This document shows, piece after piece, positions 1 to 59,900 of a stretch of DNA of 64,000 bases. The translations under genes and the position numbers were made by a program. Each line of letters starts with the position of its first letter. Position 1 is the first letter of the stretch. Under the pieces are notes generated by a model. That model was not told where the DNA came from, did no database searches, and saw only the letters and a program-made list of their open reading frames with translations. The stretch comes from the human T2T-CHM13v2.0 reference genome, Homo sapiens: the NCBI RefSeq assembly GCF_009914755.1, contig NC_060940.1, one strand, 5' to 3'.

Positions 1-1918
<1,918 letters not shown>

Positions 1919-2431
1919 CAACTTTTTGTTAAAAATTCTTATCAGTCGATTAATAGCATGTGTGTGTTCTTCATATGCTAGTTAGCCACAGTTAATTCAA
2001 AATCACTTATTTTTATTTTTTGTACCGCCGCACAAAAAAGTCATGCATTTTCTCAGCTGTGGAGTGTTTGTTTTTCTTCCTTTTCCTTAAGTTGCATGTG
2101 ATGCCCATAACACAGACTCTTCCTGCTGCCTCCTGCTCCCTGCCTGCCCCTCCCGCCTCTGTGGTTTTCTGCCCTCTCAGTAACTGCACAGAATGAGTCA
2201 CCTCTTGGGCAGAGCCCCAGTGGTTTCAACACAAAGACCTTTTTAGAAGCTGCTGCTATAGGAAGAAGCGTCGAGGAGCCTAGTATCCGGGTGGGAGAGT
2301 GGGTAGAGTTATTATAGGGAACACAGCTGTGGCCACTACCCATGGATCTTCCAGATCCCAAAAGATGAAATCCACCACCCGGTTTATATTCCCATCTTCT
2401 GAGAAACTCTTTTGTCTTCAGAACCCAGCTG

Positions 2432-3498
2432 AGGCTGGGTGCAGTCGCTCAGGCCTATAATCCCAGCGCTTTGGGAGGCTGAGGTGGGAGGATCGCTTGA
2501 GCCCAGGAGTTTGAGACCAACCTGGGAACCATAGCAAGACCCCATCTCAAAAAAAAAAAAAATCTTTTTTTTGAGATGGAGTCTCGCTCTGTCGCCCAGG
2601 CTGGAGTGCGGTGGCGCTATCTTGGCTCACTACAAGCTCTGCCTCCCAGGTTCACGCCATTCTGCCTCAGCCTCCCAAGTAGCTGGGACTACAGGCGCCT
2701 GCCACCACGCCTGGCTAATTTGTTGTATTTTTAGTAGAGATGGGGTTTCGCCGTGTTAGCCAGGATGGACTCGATCTCCTGACCTCGTGATCCGCCTGCC
2801 TCAGCCTCCCAAAGTGCTGAGATTACAGGCGTGAGCCACCGTGCCTGGCCAATTTTTTTTGTTTGTTTGTTTTTGTTTTTGTTTTTGTTTTTGTTTTTTG
2901 AGATGGAGTCTTGCTCTGTCTCCCAGGCTGGAGTACAGTGGTGGGGTGATCTGGGCTCACTGCAATCTCCACCTCCCAGGTTCAAGCGATTCTCCGCCTC
3001 AGCCTCCCAAGTAGCTGAGATTATAGGTGTGTGCCACCACACCCGGCTAATTTTTGTATTTTTTAGTAGAAACAGAGTTTCACCATGTTGGTCAGGCTGG
3101 TCTCGAACTCCTGAGCTCACATGATCCATCTGCCTCAGCCTCCCAAAGTTCTGGGATGAGGCAGGAGAATCGCTTGAACCCGGGAGGCAGAGGTTGCAGT
3201 GTATTTTTTAGTAGAAACAGGGTTTTACCATGTTGGTCAGGCTGGTCTCAAACACTCACTCAGGCTGGTGGCTCACAGCGTGAGCCACTGTGCCCGGCCT
3301 CTACAAAAACTTCTTTAAAATTAGCCAGGCATGGTGACACATGCCTGTAGTCCCAGCTGCTCAGGAGGTGGAGGCAGGAGGATCATTTGAGCCCAGGTGC
3401 TCAAGGCTGCAGTGAGTTGTGATCGCACCACTGCAGTCCAGCCTCAGAGACAGAGCGAGACTCTCTCTTAAAACAAAACAAAACAAAACAAAACAAAA
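2432..3498. mobile_element. Alu cluster: 2432-2562(+), 2566-2850(-), 2853-3299(-, rearranged), 3299-3498(+)
   Basis: Alu consensus matches. Confidence 0.88.
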
Positions 3499-3941
3499 GG
3501 CCAGTTGATATTTATACTTCTTCCAGTGAAATTTCTTGATAATATTCCCCAGTTTTCTACTCTGTAAAAATGAGGTGTTAACAGCTCCCTCTCTGGGCTG
3601 CTGTAGGAACTACACTTATGGCATCGATGCCCGGCCACACCTGGGGCCTCACTGGCCCCCAGGCTCCTCAGACCTTTTATGAGCTGCTTTTATTTTGCAA
3701 AATGTTTTCTTTTCACTTGGTTTGATAATAATTTTGTCCTGAAACTTACCACATAAGGTTAAGATTCCAAACCTAGACCAATCCCCCTGCCTTTTTATTT
3801 AATGACTAGGAGCAAGACTGTGTTGCTGGTTATCCCAGTAACGATGGTGTCCTGAGCTGAGCTGCAACTGACATGCAGAAAAGTAGGCTCAACCTTGTTC
3901 TTAGGCGTGGAGTTGAGGGGAGTCAGATGACTCCATTGCAA

Positions 3942-48725
<44,784 letters not shown>

Positions 48726-50126
48726 TAGCCAGCCAGGCGCCGCCGCCCCTCTTCTAACCTCTCAACCTGCAGCTTTCACCTGAGTCTGGCCCCTCCAGCG
48801 GGCAGGGAGTGCGGGGATGCGGATCAGCTGGGAGGAGGAGGGGAGGGGAGCTTCCACCCGAGGGGAAGATGCTCTCGGGACAGTTTCCCGGGCAGCTCCT
48901 GGCCAGCTTCCAGCCCAGAGTCCTCAAGTCCAGGGCACCTTGGGCCCAGCGCAGGCAGAATCCGAGGTGGTCCTGGCTCTACCCTGGGCCTCCTACTCCC
49001 CAGCACCCCTGGAGGAGGCAGGGGCTCCCCGCCGCCGAGGCTGCCTGCCCTGGGCCCACCTCTGCATGCTGCTCATGGAGCCACCCTGCCTCCTGGGCCC
49101 TCACTCTGCCTAGGGGAGCTGGGCCAGGCACTAGCCTTTGCCCAGGGAGGTGGGCCTCAGGCTGCCCAGGTGCCTGCACCCCAGCCGGCCTTCTCTGGGG
49201 CCTCCCCGTCGTCAAGCCTCTATCCTGTCTGTCCCCACCCCAGCTGTCCCCTGCCCAGGGAGCTGGCATAAAAGCACGAGGCCCGGCTCCCTGGGGCAGC
49301 TGCTTGAGAACAGAGACTGCTACCCCATCCTGCCCATGCAGGCAGGCTCTTGCCAGCCCCGTTCTGACCCGTGTCCCCCCAGGCTCTGCCTGGGCAGAAG
49401 ACTCACCTTGGAGGAGTGGGCCCTGGAGTCCTGTCCCTCCCAGAAGCCCCCAGGGTGGGATTTCTCAGGCTGCCAGGGCAGGCCCAGGCCTCAGGAAGAA
49501 GGGGAGGCCCCTGGCCTCTCCGGGATCAGTCCTAGGACACAGGCTCAGCCTCAGGTTGATGGGGGATGATGTGCTCCCGGGGCCTGCCTCCTGCACGGGG
49601 CTCCACGGAGCCCAGCTCCCAGACACGCTACTAAGTGCCTAGGGTTGCCCGCTGTGGCCTGCTCCCAGGGAGCAACAGAGAGGCCACCAAGCAGAGGCCC
49701 GTGGGGCTGAGGATGGAGCCGCCCCCAGCCGACTCCAAGCCCGCAGAGGGCAGACGCCACCCTGGACTGCTCTCCCTGCCCAGCTGGGCCTCTCTGGCCT
49801 ATTCCTACCTTCCAGGCCCACTGCACTCCTGTCTGGGAGGCCCTTATGAGGGCAGCCCAGCCCCCGCACCCACCCCCAACCAGAGAAGCACAGATCTTGG
49901 GGAGCTGCCCCACAAGCCCCGCTGGCCACCGAGGGCTGCAGCCGCTGCGCTGCCGGCTTCTCCCCACCACCCTGCCACCTCCACTGTGATGTATGTCCGC
50001 TCCCTCGTCTGTTCCCCCAGGATCTCGAAGTGACTCCGGGCTGAGCAGTGGGGCGGCTGGGGGAGGGGTGACGATTCTCCTCAGGCTTTGGCCCTGCAAG
50101 CAAACCCACATATCTGCTCTGTATGT

Positions 50127-50132
50127 AATAAA
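50127..50132 (+). terminator. MAPK8IP3: MAPK8IP3 polyadenylation signal AATAAA (3'UTR ~1.5 kb)
   Basis: First AATAAA seen after the stop codon, preceded by TGTATGTA (UGUA elements). Confidence 0.85.
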
Positions 50133-50188
50133 TGTCTTAACGTCGTAGCTGCCTGTTCCTGGGCCCAAACCGAAACGAAAACGAGGAC

Positions 50189-50194
50189 TTTATT
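50189..50194 (-). terminator. NME3: NME3 polyadenylation signal AATAAA
   Basis: TTTATT on + strand, ~285 nt past the NME3 stop. Confidence 0.8.
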
Positions 50195-50478
50195 ATAAAA
50201 AAACGTTGGACCACGTTGGGCTGGGCACCAGGACAGTGTCCTGGCACGTTTCCAGGCGAGCCGCGCAGGCTCCTGGAGCAGCTCCTCGGGCAGGAAACCC
50301 TGTACGCCAGGGATTGGAGAGGCCTGCGCCACCCTCCATGCAACGTCCAGACAGGTGGATGTTCAGCAGCCCGTCCAAAGGGATGCTCCAAGCGCTGTGG
50401 GGTGGGGCCAGAAGCCCGCCCACCTGGGCCCTGGAGGAGGCTGGAGTGTGAGAGCCTCTGTGACGCGCATCTGCCGGG

Positions 50479-51364
50479 CTACTCATACAGCCAGTGCCCA
50501 GCGCTGTCCTCCCAGCAGAGGAGCTCGTCTGCGCGGAACCAGAGAGCGATCTCGCGGCGGGCACTCTCCACCGAGTCGCTGCCGTGAATCAGGTTCCTGC
50601 GCGGAAGAGGCGCGTGTGAGCGTGGGAAAGAGACCTCCGGCACGGGTACCACGCAGGCTGAACAGGGGGAGGCCGGACGGGGCTGGGACCGTCCCCGGGG
50701 CGGGCCTTACTTGCCAACCTCGATGCAGAAATCCCCGCGGATGGTGCCGGGCGGGGCGTCGGCCGGGTTCGTGGCTCCGATGAGCGCCCGCGAGGTGCGC
50801 ACCACGTCCAGCCCCTGCCATACCTGTGCGGAGGAACGGGCGCGGTATCACGCGGGGGTGGGGGTCCCGGAGCCGCCCGCCCGCTTCCCGGATACTCACC
50901 ATGGCCACCACCGGCCCGGAGGCCATATACTTGACAAGGCGGCCGTAGAACGGGCGTTCACGCAGCTCGGCGTAGTGCTCACGCAGCAGCTCCTCGGAGG
51001 CCTGCGGAAGGGTCAGGCCGCCTGCGCCCGCACCCGGCACCTAGGCGTCCCCAGGTCCCCGCTCCCCTTCCCCCCACACCGCGCCCCCGCTCGCTCACCG
51101 CGCCCCCACCTGCACCAGCTTCAGCGCCACCAACTTGAAGCCCTTCCTCTCGAAGCGCCGCACAATCTCGCCCACCAGCCGCCGCTGCACGCCGTCCGGC
51201 TTCACGGCCAGGAAGGTGCGTTCGTGTGCGCCGGTGCAGGCTGCGGGGCAGGCGGGGACGGGCCGTCAGGCCGGCCCAGCACCGGCCACCCGCCCCCGGC
51301 CCGCGCCGCGCGGCTCACCCGCGGGGAAGAGGTTAGCGAAGATGGTCAGCACCAGGCAGATCAT
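50479..51364 (-). CDS. NME3: NME3, nucleoside diphosphate kinase 3 (169 aa)
   Basis: join(51319-51364,51110-51240,50900-51001,50711-50823,50479-50596) = 510 nt. [16 protein letters not shown]-terminal anchor, [18 protein letters not shown] and catalytic NLIHGSD; all introns GT-AG. Confidence 0.97.
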
Positions 51365-51741
51365 GATGGCGGTGCGGGAGCGGGATCCGCGGGGCGGGGC
51401 GGTGGCGCCCGGGGCGGGGCCTGCGCTTAAAGAGGCCTGGTCGGGGCGCTGCGGCCTCCGCGGGGAGGCTGCTTCACTTGCACCCCGGAACCCGGCAGCC
51501 GTGGGGGGCCGGAGGGCAGCTGCGGAGGCCAAGTCTCCTCCAGCAGCTCGGACACTAACTGTATCCCCCACAACCCGCCCAGGTGGTTCCACCCACGCGG
51601 CGCCCTGCTCCGCACCGCCCGAACCCCGCCCCCCCCGCGCCCCCCCCCCCGGCCAGGGCCACGACCACAGCGTCAGCCCTTCTCTCCCCGGTCCTAAAGA
51701 CAGAGCGCAAAGACACCACGACCCTGGGTACTTCTTTTCTC

Positions 51742-51747
51742 TTTATT
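51742..51747 (-). terminator. MRPS34: MRPS34 polyadenylation signal AATAAA
   Basis: TTTATT on + strand, ~310 nt past the stop. Confidence 0.8.
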
Positions 51748-52054
51748 CCCTTTCATAGCTTCTGCCGGGATCCAGGCAGAGAGAGCACTAATGGGGGAAA
51801 GGGAGCGAGCGCTTCCCGCTTTCCCCAGCGTGGGCCCTCGGAGTTGGGTGTGGGGGCAGCAGGGCCAGAGGAAAGGCACAGGTGGCGATTTGCCCCAGCC
51901 CTCCCCCCTAAGATGCAGACCCTCAGAACACGTCGCGGAAGGTGAGCTCCCTGCTCCGAGAGGCAGACTCGGGTGTAACGCAAAGACGGTTCCTTTCATC
52001 AATAAGGTCCCCACTGCCTCACAGCCCCTAAGGCCACCCGCTGGTTCTGGCATT

Positions 52055-53061
<1,007 letters not shown>

Positions 53062-56000
53062 ATGGCGCGGGTTGGACCCGGGAGGGCGGGGGTCTCTTGC
53101 CAGGGCCGGGGCCGGGGACGGGGCGGGAGCGGTCAGCGGCGACCTCCAACCTGGGAGATCTCAGACTCCGACGCTGAGGACTCCGCCGGCTCGGAGGCCG
53201 CCGCGAGAGCCCGGGACCCAGCGGGTGAGCGCAGGGCGGCTGCCGAGGCGTTGCGGCTGCTGCGGCCGGAGCAGGTCCTGAAGCGCCTCGCGGTGTGCGT
53301 GGACACAGGTGCGGCGGAGGGCACGGGCGATACTCGGGGTAGGAAAGGCCTTTCTCCGCCAGGCGGCGCCCTCTGTCCGACTGGGCGGGGCGCGCGTGCC
53401 GAGGGGCCTGGGGCCGGGCCCGCCTCCCAGTCGGGGGTTTGTGCCGAATGGAGACTCCCCGGTCCGGCCACCCGCCCAGGTAGGGCGCTCGCGAGGGTGG
53501 AAGGAAGCAGTGACCGCGCTCCTCTCCCCCGGTCCCAGCCATCCTGGAAGACGCCGGTGCCGACGTCCTGATGGAGGCCCTGGAGGCCCTGGGCTGCGAG
53601 TGCCGCATCGAGCCCCAGCGCCCGGCCCGCAGCCTGCGGTGGACCCGAGCGAGTCCCGACCCCTGCCCCCGCAGCGTGAGTGGTCGCGGGTTCCCGAGGG
53701 CCAGCCGCGAGTTGGCTGTTTTGCTTCCATGATTTCAGCCCTGGAGCTGTCCCTGAGGCAGCTGCCCTGGGCCGTGCGCGTCTCGCGGATGGGTAAAGCA
53801 AGGATGGAGAACGGGAAGTGGAGGTGCCCAAGCCGTTCTGCTGGTATAGAGCCGAGCTGGCTGGAGAAGGTTCCGTCTCGATTCAGGCTGTGGTCTGGAT
53901 TCCTGCCGGCCACAGAGACCTGGCCTGAGCTTGGCCTTGGCAGGAAACGGAACACTGGGCTTCTGTAGAGCAGGCCTGTCAGGGCCTGGGCTTGGCTGGG
54001 GCCACGAACCGCTTTGCTGCTGGACTGCCCAGGCAGGGCCCCTGGGGCACCCGGGGTTGAGACAGGCAGCAGCGCGTCCCCATGTCCCCACAGCTGCCTC
54101 CTGAAGTGTGGGCTGCAGGTGAACAGGAATTGCTGCTGCTGCTGGAGCCCGAGGAGTTTCTGCAGGGCGTCGCCACACTGACCCAGGTGCTCGGGTGGTG
54201 GCAGTAGTCCCTCTCTAATCAGGAGGGGTGGGTTCCCAGCCGGGAGGCGCCTGCTCCGCCGGTCCCTGCCCCTGTAGACGGGGCTGGAGGGGGCATGGGG
54301 CAGGCCAGGACTCCTCTCTGATCCAAAGCCGTAGAGGTTTCTAGGGTGAGATGGAGAAAGCTCCTGGGCACCTGCGGAGGCTACAGCTGCTCCTAGAGGA
54401 TCCTGAGAAGTGTCAGGAGGCCGGGGTCCGGGCAGTAGGCTGCAGGCTTCGTCCTCTGACAGCAGACAGCCTGGCCCCTGCCTGCGGGGAGCAGTGCTCA
54501 GGTGCTGTGGTGCCAGGTAGCGTGGGGTTAGGCTAGACCCCCTGCCAGGTCCCTGTGTCCCAGGATCAGTGTCTCTCAAGCTGCTGCTTTGTGCTAGGTC
54601 AAAGCTAGGCTGGAGTACAGAGGTGGACCAGGATGAGGGGCTCAATGGAACTGACATGTGCCCGAGCAGCCACTCCAGGGTCTCCTTAGCCTCTTTGGCC
54701 TCGTGGGAGGCACAGAGCTGGTTTTCTCAGAAGGGGTAACGGAACAGAGGCTCCTCTCGGCACCACTGGCTCTTTTTCAGGCTTGCTGTTCTGCAAACCA
54801 GCTGTGGCCTGGTGGCCCATGGCCATAGGCCGCAGCCTCCTGTGAACAACTGTGCCACACGTTCTCATCTTCAGATCTCTGGCCCAACCCACTGGGTGCC
54901 CTGGATCTCCCCCGAGACCACCGCCCGGCCCCACCTGGCTGTCATCGGGCTGGATGCCTACCTGTGGTACCGCTCACTCTCATGCCCACAGCAGGGCTGG
55001 CTGGGACGGGGGTTCAGGGGAGGTGGGCACACTTCTGGGGTTGCTGTGGCACAGCTGATCCCACTTCTCCAGGTGGGCTCTGGCAGAGGCCAAGCTCGGG
55101 CAGGGCAGGCCCCATGGGGAGCGGGGAGGAATGGTCACCTCTGCTCAGGTCTCGCCAGCACGTTTCCCGGGGGACACAGCAGCCAGAGAGCCCGAAGGTG
55201 GCCGGTGCCGAGGTGGCCGTCAGCTGGCCGGAGGTGGAAGAGGTGAGGGCCTGTCTGAGCTGGGTGAGTCAGGTGGCCTGGGTCCCAGTGATTGGGCTGC
55301 TGGCTGGGTTTGGTTCCCAGCGTGGTACATGGGGCAGCTATCAGCTGTGTGTCCCGGGTAGCCTTCCTCTGGCTCGTGCCCATCAGCTTGCCTCCTCCCC
55401 AGGCCCTGGTACTCCTGCAGCTCTGGGCAAACCTGGACGTGCTACTGGTGGCCTCTTGGCAGGAGCTGAGTCGGCACGTGTGCGCCGTTACCAAGGCTCT
55501 CGCCCAGTATCCCCTCAAGTGCGTGATGCCAAGGCTGAAGGGGGGCAGGATCACCTCAAGGTAGTGGTGCCTCCCCGGCCTTTTGGGAGCTGCTCACATG
55601 AGGTTCCAAAAGGCTTCTCTCTGTCCCCAGGCAGTACCGGGAATCCCAGGCCTTCTCCTTCTGCACAGCAGGGCGCTGGGCAGCCGGCGAGCCAGTGGCA
55701 AGAGACGGCGCAGGGCTGCAGGCGGCCTGGCGGAGGCAGATCAGGCAGTTCAGTCGGGTCAGCCCAGCCGTGGCTGATGCAGTTGTCACAGCCTTCCCCT
55801 CCCCCCGCCTTCTGCAGCAGGTGGGCCCCTGCCTCCTCCAAGCCCTCCAGGTGCAAAAGCCCCGTCCCCAGGCGCCCTCTCATGCCTTTGCCTGCTCCTA
55901 GGCGCTGGAGGCCTGCAGCACGGAGCGGGAGCGCATGGGCCTCCTGGCCGACCTTCCTGTGCCGCCCAGTGAAGGCGGGCGTCCCCGCAGGGTGGGGCCT

Positions 56001-56072
56001 GACCTCTCCCGCCGCATCTGCCTCTTCCTGACCACAGCCAACCCTGATCTCCTGCTGGACCTGGGCTCCTGA
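53062..56072 (+). CDS. EME2: EME2, essential meiotic structure-specific endonuclease subunit 2 (MUS81 partner), 379 aa
   Basis: join(53062-53308,53539-53675,54094-54186,54875-54966,55149-55242,55403-55518,55631-55820,55902-56072) = 1140 nt; MARVGPGRAG...RRVGPDLSRRICLFLTTANPDLLLDLGS*. Confidence 0.95.
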
Positions 56073-56570
56073 CCACACGTGGGACCACCAGGACAGCATG
56101 CAGCCTTGGGGACAGACCAGACACCCTGGGCGGTGGGGGAGGACCCCCAGCCACATGTGGACCCTCAGCCTGGGTGGGTTCTCTGGCTGAGCAGGTCTGA
56201 CCTCAGGGGGAGGGTGGGTGGTTGCAGGGGAAGTTTTAGGTAGCTGGGAGGAGAAGAGGGGCTTCTGGCTGGCAGATGGCTGGCGGTTCCTGTGCTGAGT
56301 CCTGAACACGTAGGCCCCAGGGGAGCTCAGCAGCAGGGCTGTGCCCCCCCAACACACACACACACTCGGCAGGGACCAGAAGGCAGCTCCAGGGCCCCAC
56401 TGCCACCTGGAGGCTTGGGGTGTGGCACCCTCAGCCAGAAGCAGTAGGGGACTCCCAAGGATGTGGAGGGGCAGTGAGGCCTGGGAGAAGGCCCAGGCTG
56501 CTCGCAAGCCCGGCCTCTGCACGGATACGTTTCAGCTCACGCCATGTGGGTGTTAGACATCAACTCTACA

Positions 56571-56576
56571 TTTATT
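56571..56576 (-). terminator. SPSB3: SPSB3 polyadenylation signal AATAAA
   Basis: TTTATT on + strand, ~355 nt past the stop. Confidence 0.8.
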
Positions 56577-56931
56577 GCAGTCCTTTAAGTCTATGACGGC
56601 GGGGCAGCCGCTGACAGCATGCAGAGCAAGTTAGGAAAAACCGAGGCCCTGTGGGAACAGCAACGCGGGCTCCAGCCAGGCTCTCGTCCTCGCAGCCTCC
56701 CACAAGACCTGGGGCTCAGGGCAGCCGCTTCCCCACCCAGCACAGCAGCAGAGGGGCCCTAGAGCCCCCACAGAAAGGACTGTCCCAGCCTCGGGAGCAA
56801 GAGATGGCTCCCTCCGGACGGGCCTCATCCAACTCCGCCCTGGAGTGTGGCTGGAAGGAAGGGACAGAGAAAGAAGGGACAGAGGAAAGGGGCTGTCCCA
56901 GCCCAAGAAGGCAGTTCCACTGGGAAGTCAG

Positions 56932-59900
56932 TCAGGTCCGGCGGCAGCGCTTCCTCTGGCAGGGCCGAGGCTCGCGACTGCTGGGGTGGGCGGAGGTCGC
57001 TGCCTGGGGATCGGACACTGGAGCCTTGCGGCGGCTGCAACTCATGCTCAGGACCCAGCCCAGCTTGTTGTGTAGCACCTGCTTGAGGCCCGGCGGCAGC
57101 GGCAGACCCTCCAGCGTGTCTCCCGAGTCTGGCCGCAGCTGGCGCAGGCGGTGGCAGCACAGGTACTGGAGGGAAGTGGCGCTGGCACAGGAGCGGGTGA
57201 CCTTCATGCTGCTCCGGGCCGCCGTGGAGCACACCATCGGGTAGAATCTCTTGTTCTGCAGCTTGGTGGCTGCCACACCTGGAAGGGAGGGGCCCAGCCT
57301 GAACCCCAGGCAGGGAAGGGGCCAGCTACTGGGCGCAGCCCCTCAGACCTCACGCGACAGTCACCCGGGTGGGCAGCTGGCACAGCTGAGGCAAGGCAGG
57401 GTGCACGCGCTGGCCCTGCCACTCCAGCCTGGCCTCACTGTCCCACCCCCTGGGACCCTGGGGCCTCAGGCTTCTGGGAGGAACCCTTTCAGAAAACCTC
57501 AGTGTCCCCTGGGCTGGGGCGGGGTGGCTGCCTCCCTCGGGGTGACAGCTGAGAGGAGCTCAAGTCCTGTGACGGCCTCACCTATACACTTCCTGTTCTT
57601 GAAAAAGGTGAGTGTGCCGTGCCAGGTGTCCAGGTGCACGCCAATGATGGAGCCCTGGCCGAACCGCGACGAGAAGCTGGTCTTGTCGCCCTTGTGGTGG
57701 AGGAGGCCTGGGGGCAGCCAGGGTCGCAGTGAGCCCGGGAGCTCCAGGCTCGGCCCCGCCCCACCCTGGGCCTCACGCACCCGTGTAGGAGAGGCCCCAG
57801 CTGTCCTCATCCCTGCCCAGCAGGCTGCAGAACGTGTGGCGGTATTTGTCCAGGTCCACATCCGACGTCCCGATGCCCACCATCTAGGAACAGGGGCCAG
57901 GCAGAGGGCGCGGGGCTGGGCTGCCGGAGCCAGGTTCCCCAGAAGCACCCTGGGCCGAAGCAACTTACCATGTCGGTGCCGTAGACGGGAGAGGTCATCT
58001 TGATCTCCCAGAAGTGCTGGCCCTCCCCCAGCTCCTTGGTGCCCCGGATGGCCGCTGTGCCGCAGCTGTACTCCATGTGGAAGCTGACCTTACGGTTGTC
58101 ACAGCTCAGCAGGGTGGCTGATGACTTATTTAAGTCATCCCAGACCCAGTCGAAATCTGCAAGAGAGGCCCAGGCTGGGGCAGCCCTGAGAGCTCCATGG
58201 GGCTCTGCCCTGCCCACCCCCAGGCCCGCCCGCAGTGCAGTCCCAGCAGGGGCTGGGCCCCACGCTCACACTCGTCTTCCTCTCCGCAGCGGCAGTCCCT
58301 GCCCCGGTGGGCCGAGTGCAGGCTGCTACAGAAGGAGGCCTCGCTCTGCCCAGCACAGTCACAGAAGGACTCGCCGGTCACGGGCACCGCACTGGGGATG
58401 GATGGCGGCAGCGTGGAGTACTCGGGGTCGGAGTCCGAGTCGCTGTGCTGGGAGAGAAGGGCCGGCTGTTACTACCTGTTGCCCGCTCTCTACCCTCTCA
58501 CCCTTGCCCTCTGTCCCTGTCCCACCCTGTCCCTGACCCACCCAGGAAAGGATGGGGGTCCAGGCCTCCAGGGACTTCACAGTACCCCGAGCGCACAGCC
58601 CAGGCTCCCTCCCAACGGGCTCCGGCTCTGCCCCATTCTGCATGACCAGGAGGGCCCTGGAGGCCCAGCCACGGAGCAGTAGCCAAGGCTGCCTGGCCTC
58701 CAAGTGGTTTCTAGACGGTGGATAAGCCCCAGGTCCACCCCACCTGCCCAGAGCTGAGATGGTGTGGACACCTTCCCTGCTAGGCCAGCCCTGCAGGGGC
58801 CCCCAGGCAAGGCCACCACCCCCACACCAGGCCCAGCTGCAGCCACCCGGCCTCAGGGCAGTCCCCACCACACTGTGGCCCAACGACCTTCCTGTTACCT
58901 GAGCAGACCTGGCTCACCACAGGGTCCTACTGCCCAGTGCCCACTACAGGCCCCGCCCCTCCTGGTGCAGGTTTCAGCTGTCACCTCCCTGAGGCTTCTC
59001 CAGCCCCTTCACCCCTGTTCCATTTTTCTTCTTTTGCTTCACTGAAGTTCTCCTTGGTCCTGATTCTTGGCCTCCTCCCACCAGAACGTGAGCTCCTTGT
59101 GGGAGGCAGTGCCCCTCCCAGCCTCCTCCCTGTCACAGACTGTGTGGGGGCCACCCAGGGGCTGAATGGACCAGGGGGTCAGCAGGGAGAGTGCTAAGTG
59201 GTGGCGGGGGGCCTGTGGCAGAGGCCTTGTGACAGTGAGGGTTGAGGGCTGGTCCAGAGAGATGATGTGATCCCCAGGAGAAGCCACAGGGGACCATGAC
59301 ATGGGCGCCACCAGCTTCCAGGTGAACGTGGACCTATCGAAAGCCAGCTTCAGGGCAGGACACTGTCCTTTCTGGAGGGGATGGCCCCACCCCACAGACA
59401 AGGCAGGCCCAGACAACTCTACCCCACTGCCTAGAAGTGCGGGTCCCCAGAGCCAGGGTAGACCCCCTGAGTCAGGAGCCCGGGCACAGAACTGAGCACC
59501 TGCACTGCAGGCCCAGGGCCGGGTTCCCTGGAGAAGGAGAAAGACTGAAGCCACTGCCTACCTCCTGCCCACAACAGACTGCAGGCCCATTTGGTGACAC
59601 AGGACAAGCAGCACATGTGTCGAACACTGCCGAGCCCGCAGGCACGCCTGCATCCCACAGCCACGAGCCTGTGAGGCTCAGGCATGTGACCTGCAGGAGC
59701 TGGAGGCGGGCGGGAAGGCAGGTGGGGGCCTCTCCCTGGCTGGAGCAGGGAGCTCCAGGAGACCTCAGGACGGCCCCCACCCGGTGGGTAAGGACCCTGT
59801 TTCCCAATTTGCCCCCAAGGCCTAATGGACCCACCGGGCTTAGGGAGTCCTCACTCAGAGGAGAGGAGCCCACCCCTCCCAGGACACCTGGCTGAGCCGG

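Noticed and set aside
48809-50168. Long ORFs in the MAPK8IP3 3'UTR
   Set aside because: GC-rich UTR with no homology-like features, downstream of the true stop.
53161-54657. 498-aa minus-strand ORF antisense to EME2
   Set aside because: GC-rich stop-poor region, Pro/Gly/Arg-biased with no recognisable domain; it crosses EME2 exons and introns.
55060-55078. CTTCTCCAG|GTGGGC in EME2 intron 4 as an extra exon boundary
   Set aside because: It is not needed for the reading frame; use as an acceptor would add 76 nt and frameshift. It cannot be supported without transcripts.
54964-56031. 355-aa plus-strand ORF over EME2 exons 5-8
   Set aside because: It reads through introns and is mostly out of the EME2 frame; the spliced model gives the complete 379-aa protein.
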